64,000 nt of DNA from Bigelowiella natans CCMP2755. Taxonomy: Eukaryota > Protista > Cercozoa. Position numbers and translations under genes: made by a program. Below the pieces are notes generated by a model. The model searched no databases and was not told where the DNA came from. It was given only the letters and a program-made list of their open reading frames with translations. The stretch lies in the NCBI GenBank assembly GCA_000320545.1, contig ADNK01000506.1, positions 1 to 64,000 of the forward strand. The letters are read 5' to 3'. Shown piece by piece: positions 22,815 through 34,000 of this stretch. Within the stretch, counting starts at the first letter, position 1. Every line of letters starts with the position of its first letter.

Positions 22815-25800
22815 TCATCGCTTTCGGAACTTCACCAACCACCAGGTAATAGATTCCTCTCTAACCTTATCTCCTTTGTCGCTTACCCAGAACTCACCTT
22901 CGTCCTTAGGTTCGTGTCCATACCAGCCCTCTGCATCAAGGTCCCCCAGGACCTTATACCAGTGCTCAAAGGGTAAGTCGGGAACAGCTAGGTAGAGTAG
23001 CTGATATTTTCCGTCCTTTATTTTCATAGCTACCCTCTCCATATTTCGTAATCCAGGGTAGCCTAGATAGACAATCTTCATGCGCCAATCGTCGTTCACC
23101 CTGACCTTATTGTTTCCATATTCCACATCGAACTTAGGTCGGGGTCCTAAACAAGGCATTGCTCGCTCCCACACAGTAGGGTTTACTTTAACATCCTCTA
23201 GGAGCTTCTCACCGATATCATAATTCTTTAGGTGACTGATGTGGCGCAAGGTGACCCTGTTCCCATCATAGATGTAGTACTGCTTCCTCCCCTTCCTCTC
23301 GGTAACCTTTGCAACGCCACCCCAGAAGGGGTCTTGTTTATTTCTCGATCTCAGATTTACCTTGGCCCTAACATACTGTCCTTCCTTTAGAACTCGGCCA
23401 TCGTACGGGACCTTCTCGTCTTCGCTCTCGGTATCGTCGTCGTTGTCGTCGCCTTCTTCCCTCTCCTTATCCTTGATACCTCCCCCAGACGTGAAGGTGT
23501 CGTTTACTAACCCTTGTATCTTGTCTGGTGTGGTGCTATTTATCCTGCTTAGGTTGGCCAAGGTGCGGTGGAGTCGCTCTACCTTGGAGTTGGACTGGGC
23601 ATAGTATACAGGTGAGGCATCAATATTAGGGTGTGGTAGCTGTAGAAGAGAGGTCTCATTATCCACATGTAACTTCTTTGGTATCTTGTTTATGCTAACT
23701 TCATCAGGGATAGCCTGGAGCTCAGACTCCCAGGTACGGTAGCAGTTAGTAAGCCTCTGCTTATATAAGCCTTTGTTCTTCTTAGCAACGTTGACCTTGA
23801 TAATCTTTTTAACCCAGCACTTTCCAGTGGCCACATCAACGAAGGTAAGGTAGTGATAGCCATCGTACTTATAAACATCAATTTGCACGATATCTAAGAA
23901 GTTCCTTGCTTTGATTTTCTTAGATGCACGGCTCTTGCTGGACTCCTTGGTGGCGACGCCTGCCGCCTTCAAGCTGGAGCACCTGCAGCCACGCAGGTAT
24001 GTCCTTATCTCTTTTAGCTTGTAGGGCCAGTAGTAATGGTAGAGTAGAGCAGTGATATGGTTTTCTCCTACGTGTGCAGGTCCATGGGCGGTAAAGAGAA
24101 GGGCTCCCCTGGTCCGCCGTGGCACGTAGGTACGCCTAACATTATTAGTGTATACATATATTTTATCACTAAGTACCTCATGCTTGTGTTTGTATTTATC
24201 CAGGTGTTCTTGAAGGTGCTGGAGCTCCTCTGGCTCAGGCAGGAAGTCGCCGTCCTCGAAGGTAATCGCGTTAACCATAGGGGTGACCTGGGTAGGGACT
24301 TTCTTTTCGAACAGCCTGCTGAAATAGTCAGCAAGCTGCTTGTCTCCTGGTGCGTAGACCACTGTCCTCTTGTCCCTAAACTCTTCCGTGTCCGCCCTCA
24401 TAGCTGCATACTCATCGTTAGGCGCTTCGAGCTTGCGGTCGATGCCTAGGAGGGGCTTGTGGTCAGTCATTAAGGTGAAGCTGGGCACCGACAGCAGGTA
24501 GTATCTTAGTTTCCTCTGCGCCTCAGTCATGGCTTTATACTCTCCTTTTGTAGGGCTGTACTTGGCCTCAGCTGCTGTGCAGGCCCTGCCCCACACCCGT
24601 ATGATCTGCTGGTCTTGGGTAAGTACAGCAGCCATACCTAGCTTAGACCAGTCTGTCCATAGGGTAGCTGGTCTAGTAGTGTCTAGCTTAGCATTCAATA
24701 GGGTGTTGCTGCATAACTTTATTAGGTTATCGAAGTGGGCATCAAGGCCAGCCTTGGCCCACACCTTAGCGAAGCTGAGGCCTACAGAGTTCTCCTTCCG
24801 GTAAGCAGTAGTAAAAGCAGCTGCAGTCCTAGCGTAGGTAGGGGAGAACCTACGTAGTATCCAAGCTGCAGTCTGCAAGAATGACTTTAACTCCTTTGCA
24901 TTCTTAGGTTTAGGGGCTTGCTGTAGTGCTGCTACTTTCTCGGGGTTTGGGGTGATGCGGCCTTGCTCCAGGTAATATCCACACCACTTGATTCTTGTAG
25001 CTAGGAATGTACACTTCTGCAGTCTAATAGTAAAACCGAAGTGTGCAAACCTAATAAATATATTTTCCAGGAGGAAGATCTGAGCGACGACTGTGTTGGT
25101 ACATATTATGTCATCATCCACATACACAAACACAAACACCCACAACACAGACGCCATCCCATCATGTGTGTATGCCCTGTAGTTCTGACTACTGAACGCA
25201 TCCCCTGATATGCTTAGGCCGTAAGGGAATACGACGAAGTGCCACTTCCTGTGCCTGCTGGAGAACGCGGTAATGGGGCGGGAGGTTTTGTGGATGGGTG
25301 TCTGCATGTATGATTCATTTTTATCTAGGGAAGAGTAGTATTTGTATCCTATGACGTGTTCAATAACGTCATCTATCCTTGGTGTAGGTGTCTGGATCCT
25401 CTTTATTACTCGGTTGTGGCGGATGAAGTTGTGCGCCAGGCGGAAGAAAGGGTAAGTAGGTTTCTTAGCTAGCACATGTCTCACGTTCCATGGTGAGTTG
25501 CTTGGCTCTATCTTCCCTTCCTTTGCCCATTCATTGATCTGCCACTCTATCTTTTCCCAGTCCGCTTCCGGTCGCCTATGTTCTGGGTCATTGATGATGC
25601 ACTCTTCGTATCCCTTCTTTAGCTCGATCTTTACTGGGGTAAGCTTGCTGGAGGGCTTCGTCGTCGGCTTGGTGATGTCAGAGTACTTCTCGTTTAATAT
25701 TTTATTAATGTACTTTTTGCCTTTGTCGATATCCCAATCATCAGCTGGGGGGGTCTTGTCCAGTAGCTCCGTTATCTGTCGGATGGTCTTGCCGGGGTTC

Positions 25801-27788
25801 TTCTTCCGTAGCTCGGTAGGTGTAGGTAGCTTGTTGTCCGCTAGGTCCATAAACTCTAACGCATTAACGCTTGACTCAGAGGTCCACTCGTCAAGCCGTA
25901 TCATGTTCTGGCTGATGGTCCTGCCTGACTTCTTTGGCAACTTAGCAAAGTATATCTTGTGATTGTAGAATGATATGATCCCCCCTAATTTTTCTAGGGC
26001 ATCCTGTCCGAGGAGTAGTTCCATGGATAAAGTCATGGCTACTCGGGTCTTGATTTGGGTCTCCGCGTCGCTGCCAGGTATCTGTAGCTTTAGCATTAGC
26101 TCACCGACGGTCTTCATGGAAGAGCTTCCGTCTGCTTGAGCATATTTACGTTCTTTCTTAGTCACTTGATCCAATAGTCCTAACCTTCTTACTGTGCTTA
26201 GGCTTATGAAGGACTTCGGCATGCTGCCACTATCCCAAAGGGCAGGTAGTTTCTTGTAGTCTCCGTAGCTGTCTTTAACTTTAACCTTGGTCATAGCAAC
26301 TTTGATAGTCCTGTTAGCGTCTTCGTCATTAATGTTGCATACTCCTAAGTTCTTTATGTCGTCTAGGGTCATGGGCTTGTCTTGGTCCTGCGTTGCTGGT
26401 ACTGCTGTCTTCGTCGGCGCCTGCTTAAGGTGATCTAATATTCCGTTTATCTGCTGCTGTATAGCATTGATACTGTTCTGCTTTTTGTTCTTATATTTAT
26501 TGTTCTTCCCGTTGTTGCTGCCTTGCCATTTGCTGTTGTTATATCCTTGTCCTCTGCCTTTCTTTCTCTTTAACTTCTCGTAGTGTTCGTTGAGCTGCCT
26601 GATCGTCATCCTGGGTCGTCCTTCTTTCCTGTCTCTGCAGTCTTTAGCGGTGTGTTTCCCTTTACGTGAGCAGTATCCGCAACGTCGGTTACCTTCCCTG
26701 TCCTTGTACCAGTCTCGCTGCGGCTTAATAGCGTTAATGTTTCCTATGCCAGGTACCTTAGGGCTGGTAAACTTGCGGTCCTGCTCCTGCTCGCGTAGGG
26801 ATATAGCCTGCACTGCTGCCTCCATCGTGGTGTAGCCTTTCTCCGTAACGTAAGTGGATTCCTTTATCTTTAACTTGAACTCTTCAAACCTTGCCTGATC
26901 ATCACCTGTGTTGTAATTAAAATCATGTAGTTCGTCGATCATATCCTGGAAGCGCGTGGCAAAGTCTCTGACAGGTTCTCTCTCATGCTGCATCATTGCT
27001 CTGTATTTTCTAATAGCCTGGGGTAGGGAGTTAGCATCCTGTTCATTTACAAAAGCCTTCATTATCGCCTCAACGTCTCGTAGCCCACTAACTGTAGTGT
27101 GTATTTTCTCTAGCTGCCTGATCCGGGTCCTGCCTGTCTCGTAAAGGTCCATGGCTTGCTTTATTATAGCTAGCCATTTGAGCTTGTCGTTTTCGGTGGG
27201 GTTAGGGGTAAAGTCGCAGAGTATACTCCTAGCGTTCTTCCACCACCTCCTTGCCTCACCTCTTTTCCCGTTGTATTTCGTTATCATAACCGGTGCTGTT
27301 TTAACAGACATGAACTGGGTGTTCCGCTGTACCGGCTGCTGCTGCTTGACGGTGCTCTGGGTCGTCCCCCGCGAGGCGCCCAGACCCCCGTCGTTCCTAA
27401 ACAAAGCTGCCCACTCTGGAGGTAAGTCTGCTTCGTAATCCATGATGTCCTGCATGATAGCTGCCCAAACATCATGTGTCTGATACTTGTATTCTATCGA
27501 TACTTTCAGTTTGGCGTAGTTGCTCGCCCTGGGTCGCAAGGCTCGTAATGCCATTACGACCTTCTTGCTTTCGGCGGCCACGTCCTCGTCGTCCGCCTCG
27601 TAGAAGTTCTCCAGTGCCTCTGCTGCTGCATCTGCTTTCTTAATCCCGGGTGCTGGTCCCGGCGGTGCCTGTGGAGGTGTTCCTCCTCCTTCCTTAGCGT
27701 CCGTATCGCCCTTCCTTTCCTGTTTCTGCTCGTGCCCTTGCACGGCCTGCGAGCCAAAGTCCTGCTGTTCTTCTAGCTGCTGTGACAT
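22815..27788 (-). CDS. Gag-Pol polyprotein (capsid, zinc knuckle, aspartic protease, RT, RNase H, integrase, SH3/GPY-F-like module, C-terminal Dam-like domain)
   Basis: 1657 aa. Motifs: CGYCSRKGKHTAKDC knuckle, LWDSGS protease, YVDD RT, RNase H WTDWS/EYKA/TDHKPL/ADYFSR, integrase HHCC plus QIDV/VDNE/KVER, and LKEGQYV..PFWGG..HISHLK. Confidence 0.95.
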   Translation of the reverse strand: MSQQLEEQQDFGSQAVQGHEQKQERKGDTDAKEGGGTPPQAPPGPAPGIKKADAAAEALENFYEADDEDVAAESKKVVMALRALRPRASNYAKLKVSIEYKYQTHDVWAAIMQDIMDYEADLPPEWAALFRNDGGLGASRGTTQSTVKQQQPVQRNTQFMSVKTAPVMITKYNGKRGEARRWWKNARSILCDFTPNPTENDKLKWLAIIKQAMDLYETGRTRIRQLEKIHTTVSGLRDVEAIMKAFVNEQDANSLPQAIRKYRAMMQHEREPVRDFATRFQDMIDELHDFNYNTGDDQARFEEFKLKIKESTYVTEKGYTTMEAAVQAISLREQEQDRKFTSPKVPGIGNINAIKPQRDWYKDREGNRRCGYCSRKGKHTAKDCRDRKEGRPRMTIRQLNEHYEKLKRKKGRGQGYNNSKWQGSNNGKNNKYKNKKQNSINAIQQQINGILDHLKQAPTKTAVPATQDQDKPMTLDDIKNLGVCNINDEDANRTIKVAMTKVKVKDSYGDYKKLPALWDSGSMPKSFISLSTVRRLGLLDQVTKKERKYAQADGSSSMKTVGELMLKLQIPGSDAETQIKTRVAMTLSMELLLGQDALEKLGGIISFYNHKIYFAKLPKKSGRTISQNMIRLDEWTSESSVNALEFMDLADNKLPTPTELRKKNPGKTIRQITELLDKTPPADDWDIDKGKKYINKILNEKYSDITKPTTKPSSKLTPVKIELKKGYEECIINDPEHRRPEADWEKIEWQINEWAKEGKIEPSNSPWNVRHVLAKKPTYPFFRLAHNFIRHNRVIKRIQTPTPRIDDVIEHVIGYKYYSSLDKNESYMQTPIHKTSRPITAFSSRHRKWHFVVFPYGLSISGDAFSSQNYRAYTHDGMASVLWVFVFVYVDDDIICTNTVVAQIFLLENIFIRFAHFGFTIRLQKCTFLATRIKWCGYYLEQGRITPNPEKVAALQQAPKPKNAKELKSFLQTAAWILRRFSPTYARTAAAFTTAYRKENSVGLSFAKVWAKAGLDAHFDNLIKLCSNTLLNAKLDTTRPATLWTDWSKLGMAAVLTQDQQIIRVWGRACTAAEAKYSPTKGEYKAMTEAQRKLRYYLLSVPSFTLMTDHKPLLGIDRKLEAPNDEYAAMRADTEEFRDKRTVVYAPGDKQLADYFSRLFEKKVPTQVTPMVNAITFEDGDFLPEPEELQHLQEHLDKYKHKHEVLSDKIYVYTNNVRRTYVPRRTRGALLFTAHGPAHVGENHITALLYHYYWPYKLKEIRTYLRGCRCSSLKAAGVATKESSKSRASKKIKARNFLDIVQIDVYKYDGYHYLTFVDVATGKCWVKKIIKVNVAKKNKGLYKQRLTNCYRTWESELQAIPDEVSINKIPKKLHVDNETSLLQLPHPNIDASPVYYAQSNSKVERLHRTLANLSRINSTTPDKIQGLVNDTFTSGGGIKDKEREEGDDNDDDTESEDEKVPYDGRVLKEGQYVRAKVNLRSRNKQDPFWGGVAKVTERKGRKQYYIYDGNRVTLRHISHLKNYDIGEKLLEDVKVNPTVWERAMPCLGPRPKFDVEYGNNKVRVNDDWRMKIVYLGYPGLRNMERVAMKIKDGKYQLLYLAVPDLPFEHWYKVLGDLDAEGWYGHEPKDEGEFWVSDKGDKVREESITWWLVKFRKR

Positions 27789-27804
27789 TGTTAGTCAAAT
27801 CGTT

Positions 27805-27822
27805 TCCCGTGTGTGGAAGCCA
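27805..27822 (-). promoter_or_regulatory. Primer-binding site
   Basis: Minus strand TGGCTTCCACACACGGGA begins 5 nt inside the 5' LTR boundary and complements a tRNA-like 3' end (...GGAAGCCA). Cognate tRNA not identified. Confidence 0.7.
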
Positions 27823-27827
27823 AAGGT

Positions 27828-28153
27828 TGTTGCGCGTAAGGTGTTCACAGGCCGAGGCGCTACGTGCACAAGTAGGCAGGGGGGGGGAAAGGCACGTTTG
27901 CTTCCTTTTGAAGAGTTGTGTTTATTTTTATTAAAGATTATATTTTTATTAAATCGTGCACTGCGTAATCATTCGCGAAGCTTTCGCGAATGCCGCCGCA
28001 CGTGGGGCAGCACACTTCCGGTGTGCTGCCATGAGTCCCGCCGGAACCCACGTGCCTATGCTGTATTAATATCTACGTTATCTATATTCTATATCCGCGA
28101 CAACCCCTTTGTTGTCGCACGTGACTTGTGCCCGCGTAGTGGTACGCGCTACA
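27828..28153 (-). repeat. 5' LTR (326 bp)
   Basis: Direct repeat of 22438-22763. Confidence 0.96.
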
Positions 28154-29014
28154 CAGCACAGCGCGTGCACGTGACCACAAACACGTGACAAGTGGGTTGC
28201 GGCCTGCAAAAGTCCACAATTTCGACAAAGTCTGGTCAAAACATGCTTTTTTGAGGTTTTGATGCACATTGAAAGGACGAAATTCGTGCCAACGTTGAAC
28301 AAGTGTGGAAACAAAACCGAGAGGTGTCACAAAAGTTTGAAGCGCAATTCGTTCAGTGCGCTCAACTGTGGAACGTGCAACGTGGAGGTCCCACGTGCAA
28401 CCGACATCGCAATCAGACACGATGTGCATGTGAAAGCAACATCGAAACGCATGCGCGCGCAAAGTGGGTTTTGCAACGAAATTCCACCGGGATCACAGCA
28501 CAGATCACGCCCGGACCTGGCTGTGGTGGCCGTGTGGCATGATCAGCTGGTTGCTGTTCGTGCTCTGTGCAGCGCTTTCGATCCGCCGCCCTGCTGGCCC
28601 AACTAGCTAGCGCTAGAGCGCCATCTAGCCATGCTGGCATGTGATGTGGCAAAGTTCACATCGTCACATTCGCGCCCATGGCTGCGCTGCACGCTGGCAC
28701 GTCTAGATGTGCTGTGCACTGCGCACATGGGCAGCAAATGCACACACATGCATTTCAATGAGCTAAGATTGCAATCGCATCAGCATGGGAAAGATGCCAT
28801 GCTGGCATCGACGCCCTCTCACATGCACAACAGACATGCAATGCCACATGCACATTGCACATGCTGTTACTGTGTCTACAATTACGCTGTCATTGCAAAA
28901 ACAGCATTGAAAAATGCGGGAAATGCACTTAGATGCCATCTGTGACAACTTCATCACGTCCTTCTTAAAAAAAAAGTAGATCATGTTCAACCCGACCCAA
29001 AGAGGATGATCACA

Positions 29015-31683
29015 CTAGAATTTGCCTGACATGAATTCATTCACCATCTTGAGAGCAGCTTTAGGTTTATCCAGAGGGACCATGTGACCTGAGCAGGAAC
29101 AGCATGTTATACAACGCTCCTTTAAATGATATACGCGTAAGGCTAACCTGCACTGAATAATTGGAGGAATGAAAGTCCCCCTGACGATCGTAACTTGCCA
29201 GCGGGCTCTCCATCCACCTACGTTTCAATCATGGATGAATCAGAGATTGAAATAAATAATGTGGCGTATCTTTTACCATCCATTCATTGTCTGATGCCTG
29301 GTGGTAGTCTTCCTTTCCCTCCCAATCTATGTAAAGAAATATAGATTCAGAGTATTTACATAAGTAAATCTATTCAATTTCGAACTACCTAATGCAAGCG
29401 TCCATGCCTTGTTTCCAAGCCTACACAACATTGTTATTTTCTTAATTTCACGCTTAACCGTCTTATAATTTTATTCACCAATTGCAGATGAAATCTACAT
29501 CTCCCGCATATATCAAAACACGAGTGTCGTTTTTAAGTAGATCTGGTACCTAAATTCCAATCATAAAGTGAGGTTCTCGGCATCATGATACATTATTACA
29601 ATTGGTGTCATCACAATCATCATACCGTCCATTGATACTCTCGCATCCAGTCGCCAGAAAACATCCGGTTAACCGTCATGTTACATGATTGCCACTCAAG
29701 CCCCTCTTTAACCCCCAGAGCTCTCCTCACACGCGTCTCGTCCAGGAAGTCGATCATATCGGAGAAATCGTAGCAAAGTGGAGGGACCTGGTTCGTGGTG
29801 GTGAAAATAAAAGAGTTCATTGTGTAAATAAGAGATATATATTCAGAACTAATTTGGAATAAGATATAAGTATATGCTAGCTTGAATAGTATTTATCTAC
29901 AATTTGGTCTTGGAATAAAGGCGTTTCCCCAACTATTTTACCTTACATTTCTCCCTGAAATCGTAAGGATTCAATCCCTGTGCGAGTATTGAAACATTGA
30001 TTTCACGACCTTCAATGATGAATACGGTTATTCAGTTGCATTACCGTCATTTCGTAGGGACCAATTTGATCGTTATTACATTTCGATTGGGCATTCTCAC
30101 ATTTTTCCTCATCATTTTGGCACTCCTGACGAATGCAAAGAACAGCTGAAATCGGTTATACGCACATAGAGATTGTACCAGCTGCTAGATGTACAATTAA
30201 TGTCCTCCATCATCATCACATATTCTACCAACCTGAATAAGGTTAATACACTCGGGAATTCCCTTCCTCATCCTTTCAAAGGTTGCTTTGGACACAACAG
30301 GATGACCCTGGGATAGATTGATGGTATGGAAATATATGGTGATGATGATGATGATTATTATTATTATTATTACAGCAGGGATGATACTAATGTCAAATTG
30401 TGTATTAATGTATCCTCTCTTAATGCAATGGTGATCGTCATTCGTTTATTATTCCATATCATCGTCGTGTATTACTACTACCTGTTTGGTGATCGACCAG
30501 TTATAAGCCATGTCTGCATAGTACTGGTATTGTATTTCTGGGTTAGTAAGTCCATTCCCCACGCCGAGACCTTGTGTTCAAAATATAATTTCCAAGGATT
30601 AATTCAAAATAATTGATTCAGATTAACATCATGAGGATTCGTAAACGCAACACGTAGTACCCTTCAAGTTGAGAGATTTTCCCACTTTGTATGCGACTGA
30701 TGGGGCTTTCAACATTAAGAAGAAATGAGTGTCAAAATGCCATCACGCAAAGCGTTTAAATAAGCTACCGAAATGTCCGCCATAGGATTCTCCGAATATA
30801 TAGAGAGGGTTATCAGAGAGCTGGGGATGATATAAATAAATAAACTCAGATTCCATATACTCTCTTGCACTGGGGATATAAATACACTTGCATTCTGTAT
30901 ACTATCTGTCACCTTGGGGTGGGCGCTGAAGAATTCATGTAGGAAATGATACATATCCTCCGCAACCATTTTCTGTCGTACAAGTCAGTTATCCCTTCAC
31001 ATACGAATACAACGGATACAAAAGCGCATAGCGTTTATTTCTACCTCGTTGTAATCTTCGTCCTCAGTGTCCCCATAGGAAAATCCAACCCCAACAGGCT
31101 GTCAAATATATAAAGGGTGTGAGTAATGGGATGACACGACATCGACAATCCATGTTATATTGAGACCTGGTCGATGTAGATCAAGGAGGCATTTGAGTTC
31201 CATGAGTAAGGATTCAGAAATGTAGCATTATGGTTGTCCTTAAGGAGTATGAAGAAGAGTAGTGGATTTAATGGCCAGAATTAGGAATGAATGAATGAAG
31301 AGTTTGTGTTACATCGATCTTGCAAGGCCCATTTTCGTGAAACAATGCAACAGCTGAGGAGCATCCTGGGCCTCCAGTCATCCACAAAATCTAGTTTTGT
31401 TGCAGTTCAAGATGAGGTATAGTAAATTCACATTGCTTCCATACATATTACCACAGGATCTTCTTCTGGGTTATTGCGACTTTCAAAATGCCAGTAAAAG
31501 TAGTTTTTGTTTCGAGAACCTGACAAGAAAGACTAGCCTTCTTAGAAACCATATGGCTTACAATCATTTAAACATCATAGCTAAATCCGTAAGAAAAATA
31601 GGTATAAATTCATCCCACCTTCTATGAAGAGATAACCCGCGGTCTGATTCACTGTGTCGCACAAACCTCGCAGCTCCTAATTT

Positions 31684-31726
<43 letters not shown>

Positions 31727-32057
31727 TATATGAGTTAGAGTACTGTTTTCCACAACTGATACATATGAATAAAACCGCAATTATTAAACCAAATAGTGTG
31801 AGAAAGAACGTAGCAATGCAATGTAATTGTTGGAGAAACCAAAAGACTGCACGTGAATTTGAGAATTAAAGTTTTTCTTGCGATCCAAATCGAATTGTTA
31901 CCTGTGGGTCGTGCGTGGGTTTGAGAAAGTACTTGTTCTTGGTGCCATTCTTGGTGGTTTCGGGAGTGCTAGTAGTAGCAGGGATCATGATGAGGATCTG
32001 CATGATAACCCAAAGAGAGACTACTCCCCCCATAGGGAAGGGCACAGCAGTAGCCAT
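29015..32057 (-). CDS. Serine carboxypeptidase, family S10 (secreted/vacuolar), multi-exon
   Basis: Hydrophobic N-terminus, then YFYWHFESRNNP, WMTGGPGCSS, NPYSWN, IDQ|PVGVGFSY and the catalytic motifs GESYGGH, YAGDVDFICNW and AGHMVP; ends FMSGKF* (TAG 29015-29017). Confidence 0.93.
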
Positions 32058-33214
32058 AATGTTGGTTGTTGTTCCCTTTCCTCCTTCTTCTTGTTCTTCT
32101 TCTTCCTCAACAAACAATGGGGATTGAGAGGAAGAAGTCGTCGTGTACAGAGCTCGTTGTAGTTAGTAGAAGTGGTACCGGATTTGTCAAGAATATAGTC
32201 CAAGTTTATATGTCGCTTATAATAAATGCCCTTCGTTTTTGTTTTGTTTCTTGTTGTTGTTATTGTTGTTGCCTTTTCGGTAATTAGATCTAAGTTGATT
32301 ATTCTCTTCTCTTCCTCCTCCTCCCTCCGTCCTCCTCCGGCTGCAATTATCTCCTGACGGTAGCTTGGGAATAATTGAGGAGGTGTCGCTCAACTGTAGT
32401 ACATAAGCGGCGCTCTATTATTTGGTAGCGGCACTGTACAGTTGCTTCTTTGCTAAGCGGTGAACGTCCTTGTGCCGTTTACCTGACGTTCTATTGACGT
32501 TCTCCAAGAACTTGGTATTGATTTACAAGAACTTCGTGCGGATTCTTTTCGCAATTCTTTCTCATAGGTTCTATCTCTAGTGTTACTTCCTCTCCGCGAT
32601 GAGGATTAGCATGATTGGAAGAGCAACTTACGTGGTCAGGCTTGACAGCCTCGCTGCTGCTCAGATTCGTAGCTTAGCTGGATGGTAATTGGATGCAACA
32701 TTCTTGTAATCTGAAGATAAAGCTTTAACACACCACATCGACGCAGAGGATTAGTGACGTAGTACACAAATTTAAATTCCTAAAGTCACAATCATGATTA
32801 GAAAAGCAGTCTCATTTTTTCCAGCGATTGTTAGATCATGAATACAACGGAAATAGTGAAAATAAGGATGTTCAATCCACAACACTGCAGGATGGTAACA
32901 AAGACGACCGCACTACCAACCCTGGTGATTGATCCGAAAAAATTCTAAGCCTTCGCTGATTAATTCTATTTACTTCAGGTTGTCATCGACTCTTTTGATA
33001 GAAGGGTATCCTCAGACTTTGTAATGTACGAAAGGAATGAAGATGAGGTATGCCAACATATCATTTATCTTAGACACCGTATAGTAAATATACGTCATGT
33101 CTATCGTACTTTCATACGTACATCAAGTTGAAAGTGAGGCCAAATCTCATTCTATGACAAGGTCGATGCAGTCCTGAAGGAGATCATTGCGTCCTTAAAC
33201 ACGTAAGACACTAC

Positions 33215-34000
33215 ACCGTGCATGTGCATGCGTGTGTGTGTGGGGGGGAGGGGGATTTTGTCATGTGCTTATGTGCAACTTTGCAGGTATTTGTCCACGG
33301 AATTTCTATTTTTTGTTCGTTTCATCTCTGGAGCTAACAGGGAGGGCACGGTCTAGCTCTCCGCATTCTGAGCATTGCACGTGTGCGTCCCACTTCTAGC
33401 TAGACTTATGCAAGCTGTTGTTGCGACAAAACAGGATGTATCTCATGCATATGATGGCGAATGAGACATGAATGCTAGAGAACAGGATGATGACTACACT
33501 GTATGTTACCCACATGCTAGCATGACCAAACATCTGTGCAGGCTACTAGCAGGCCTGCTAGCCAGTGGGCTGAGGTGTGTTGGTGTGTAAATTGCACGTG
33601 CACACGTCTAGACGTGACACCTTGCGCATTTGCTAGCCGTGCATGGTCTAGGTTGCCATGATCTAGCAATGGTGCATGCATGCGGAACAAATCACTACAT
33701 AGATCAGCCACGCTAGCACGTCTAGATATGATAGATATACAGATGATGTGCTGCATGCAAATCTAGAAATGCACGTCGTTCAAAAGGCATCAAGCAAGAC
33801 AGTGGCTCCCTTGTAGGCACGCGCGGGCGAGGGCACACGCACGATCCCAATTACATGTTTTGTCAGGACTCTTAGCTAGCTTAGCTCTAAAGACGTGCCG
33901 CTCGCTTCGTCACACCTCTAGACTTGCTAGCTTGTCATTACATGTGCTAGATGTAGCTTCACTAGCTAGTCTCATCATTGTCATGCACTAGTGCATTCAG
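33215..34000. other. TpA-reduced, CTAG-rich intergenic block 5
   Basis: Dense CTAG and TG/CA with few non-CTAG TA. Borders approximate. Confidence 0.75.

Larger units (their letters stand above)
22438..28153 (-). mobile_element. Full-length Ty3/gypsy LTR retrotransposon, recent insertion
   Basis: Two 326-bp LTRs that look identical by eye, TG...CA ends, 4-bp TSD CAGC (22434-22437 / 28154-28157), PBS, PPT and one uninterrupted gag-pol ORF in PR-RT-RH-IN order. Confidence 0.97.
21916..28760. other. TpA-depleted intergenic block 4 (21916-22437 + 28154-28760), split by the LTR element
   Basis: Manual scan: 3 TA in the left flank and 5 in the right flank, all within CTAG. Confidence 0.95.

Noticed and set aside
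27805-27822. Assigning a specific primer tRNA or calling a tRNA gene
   Set aside because: Only an 18-nt complement is present; identity needs the host tRNA set. I saw no tRNA or rRNA genes in the window.
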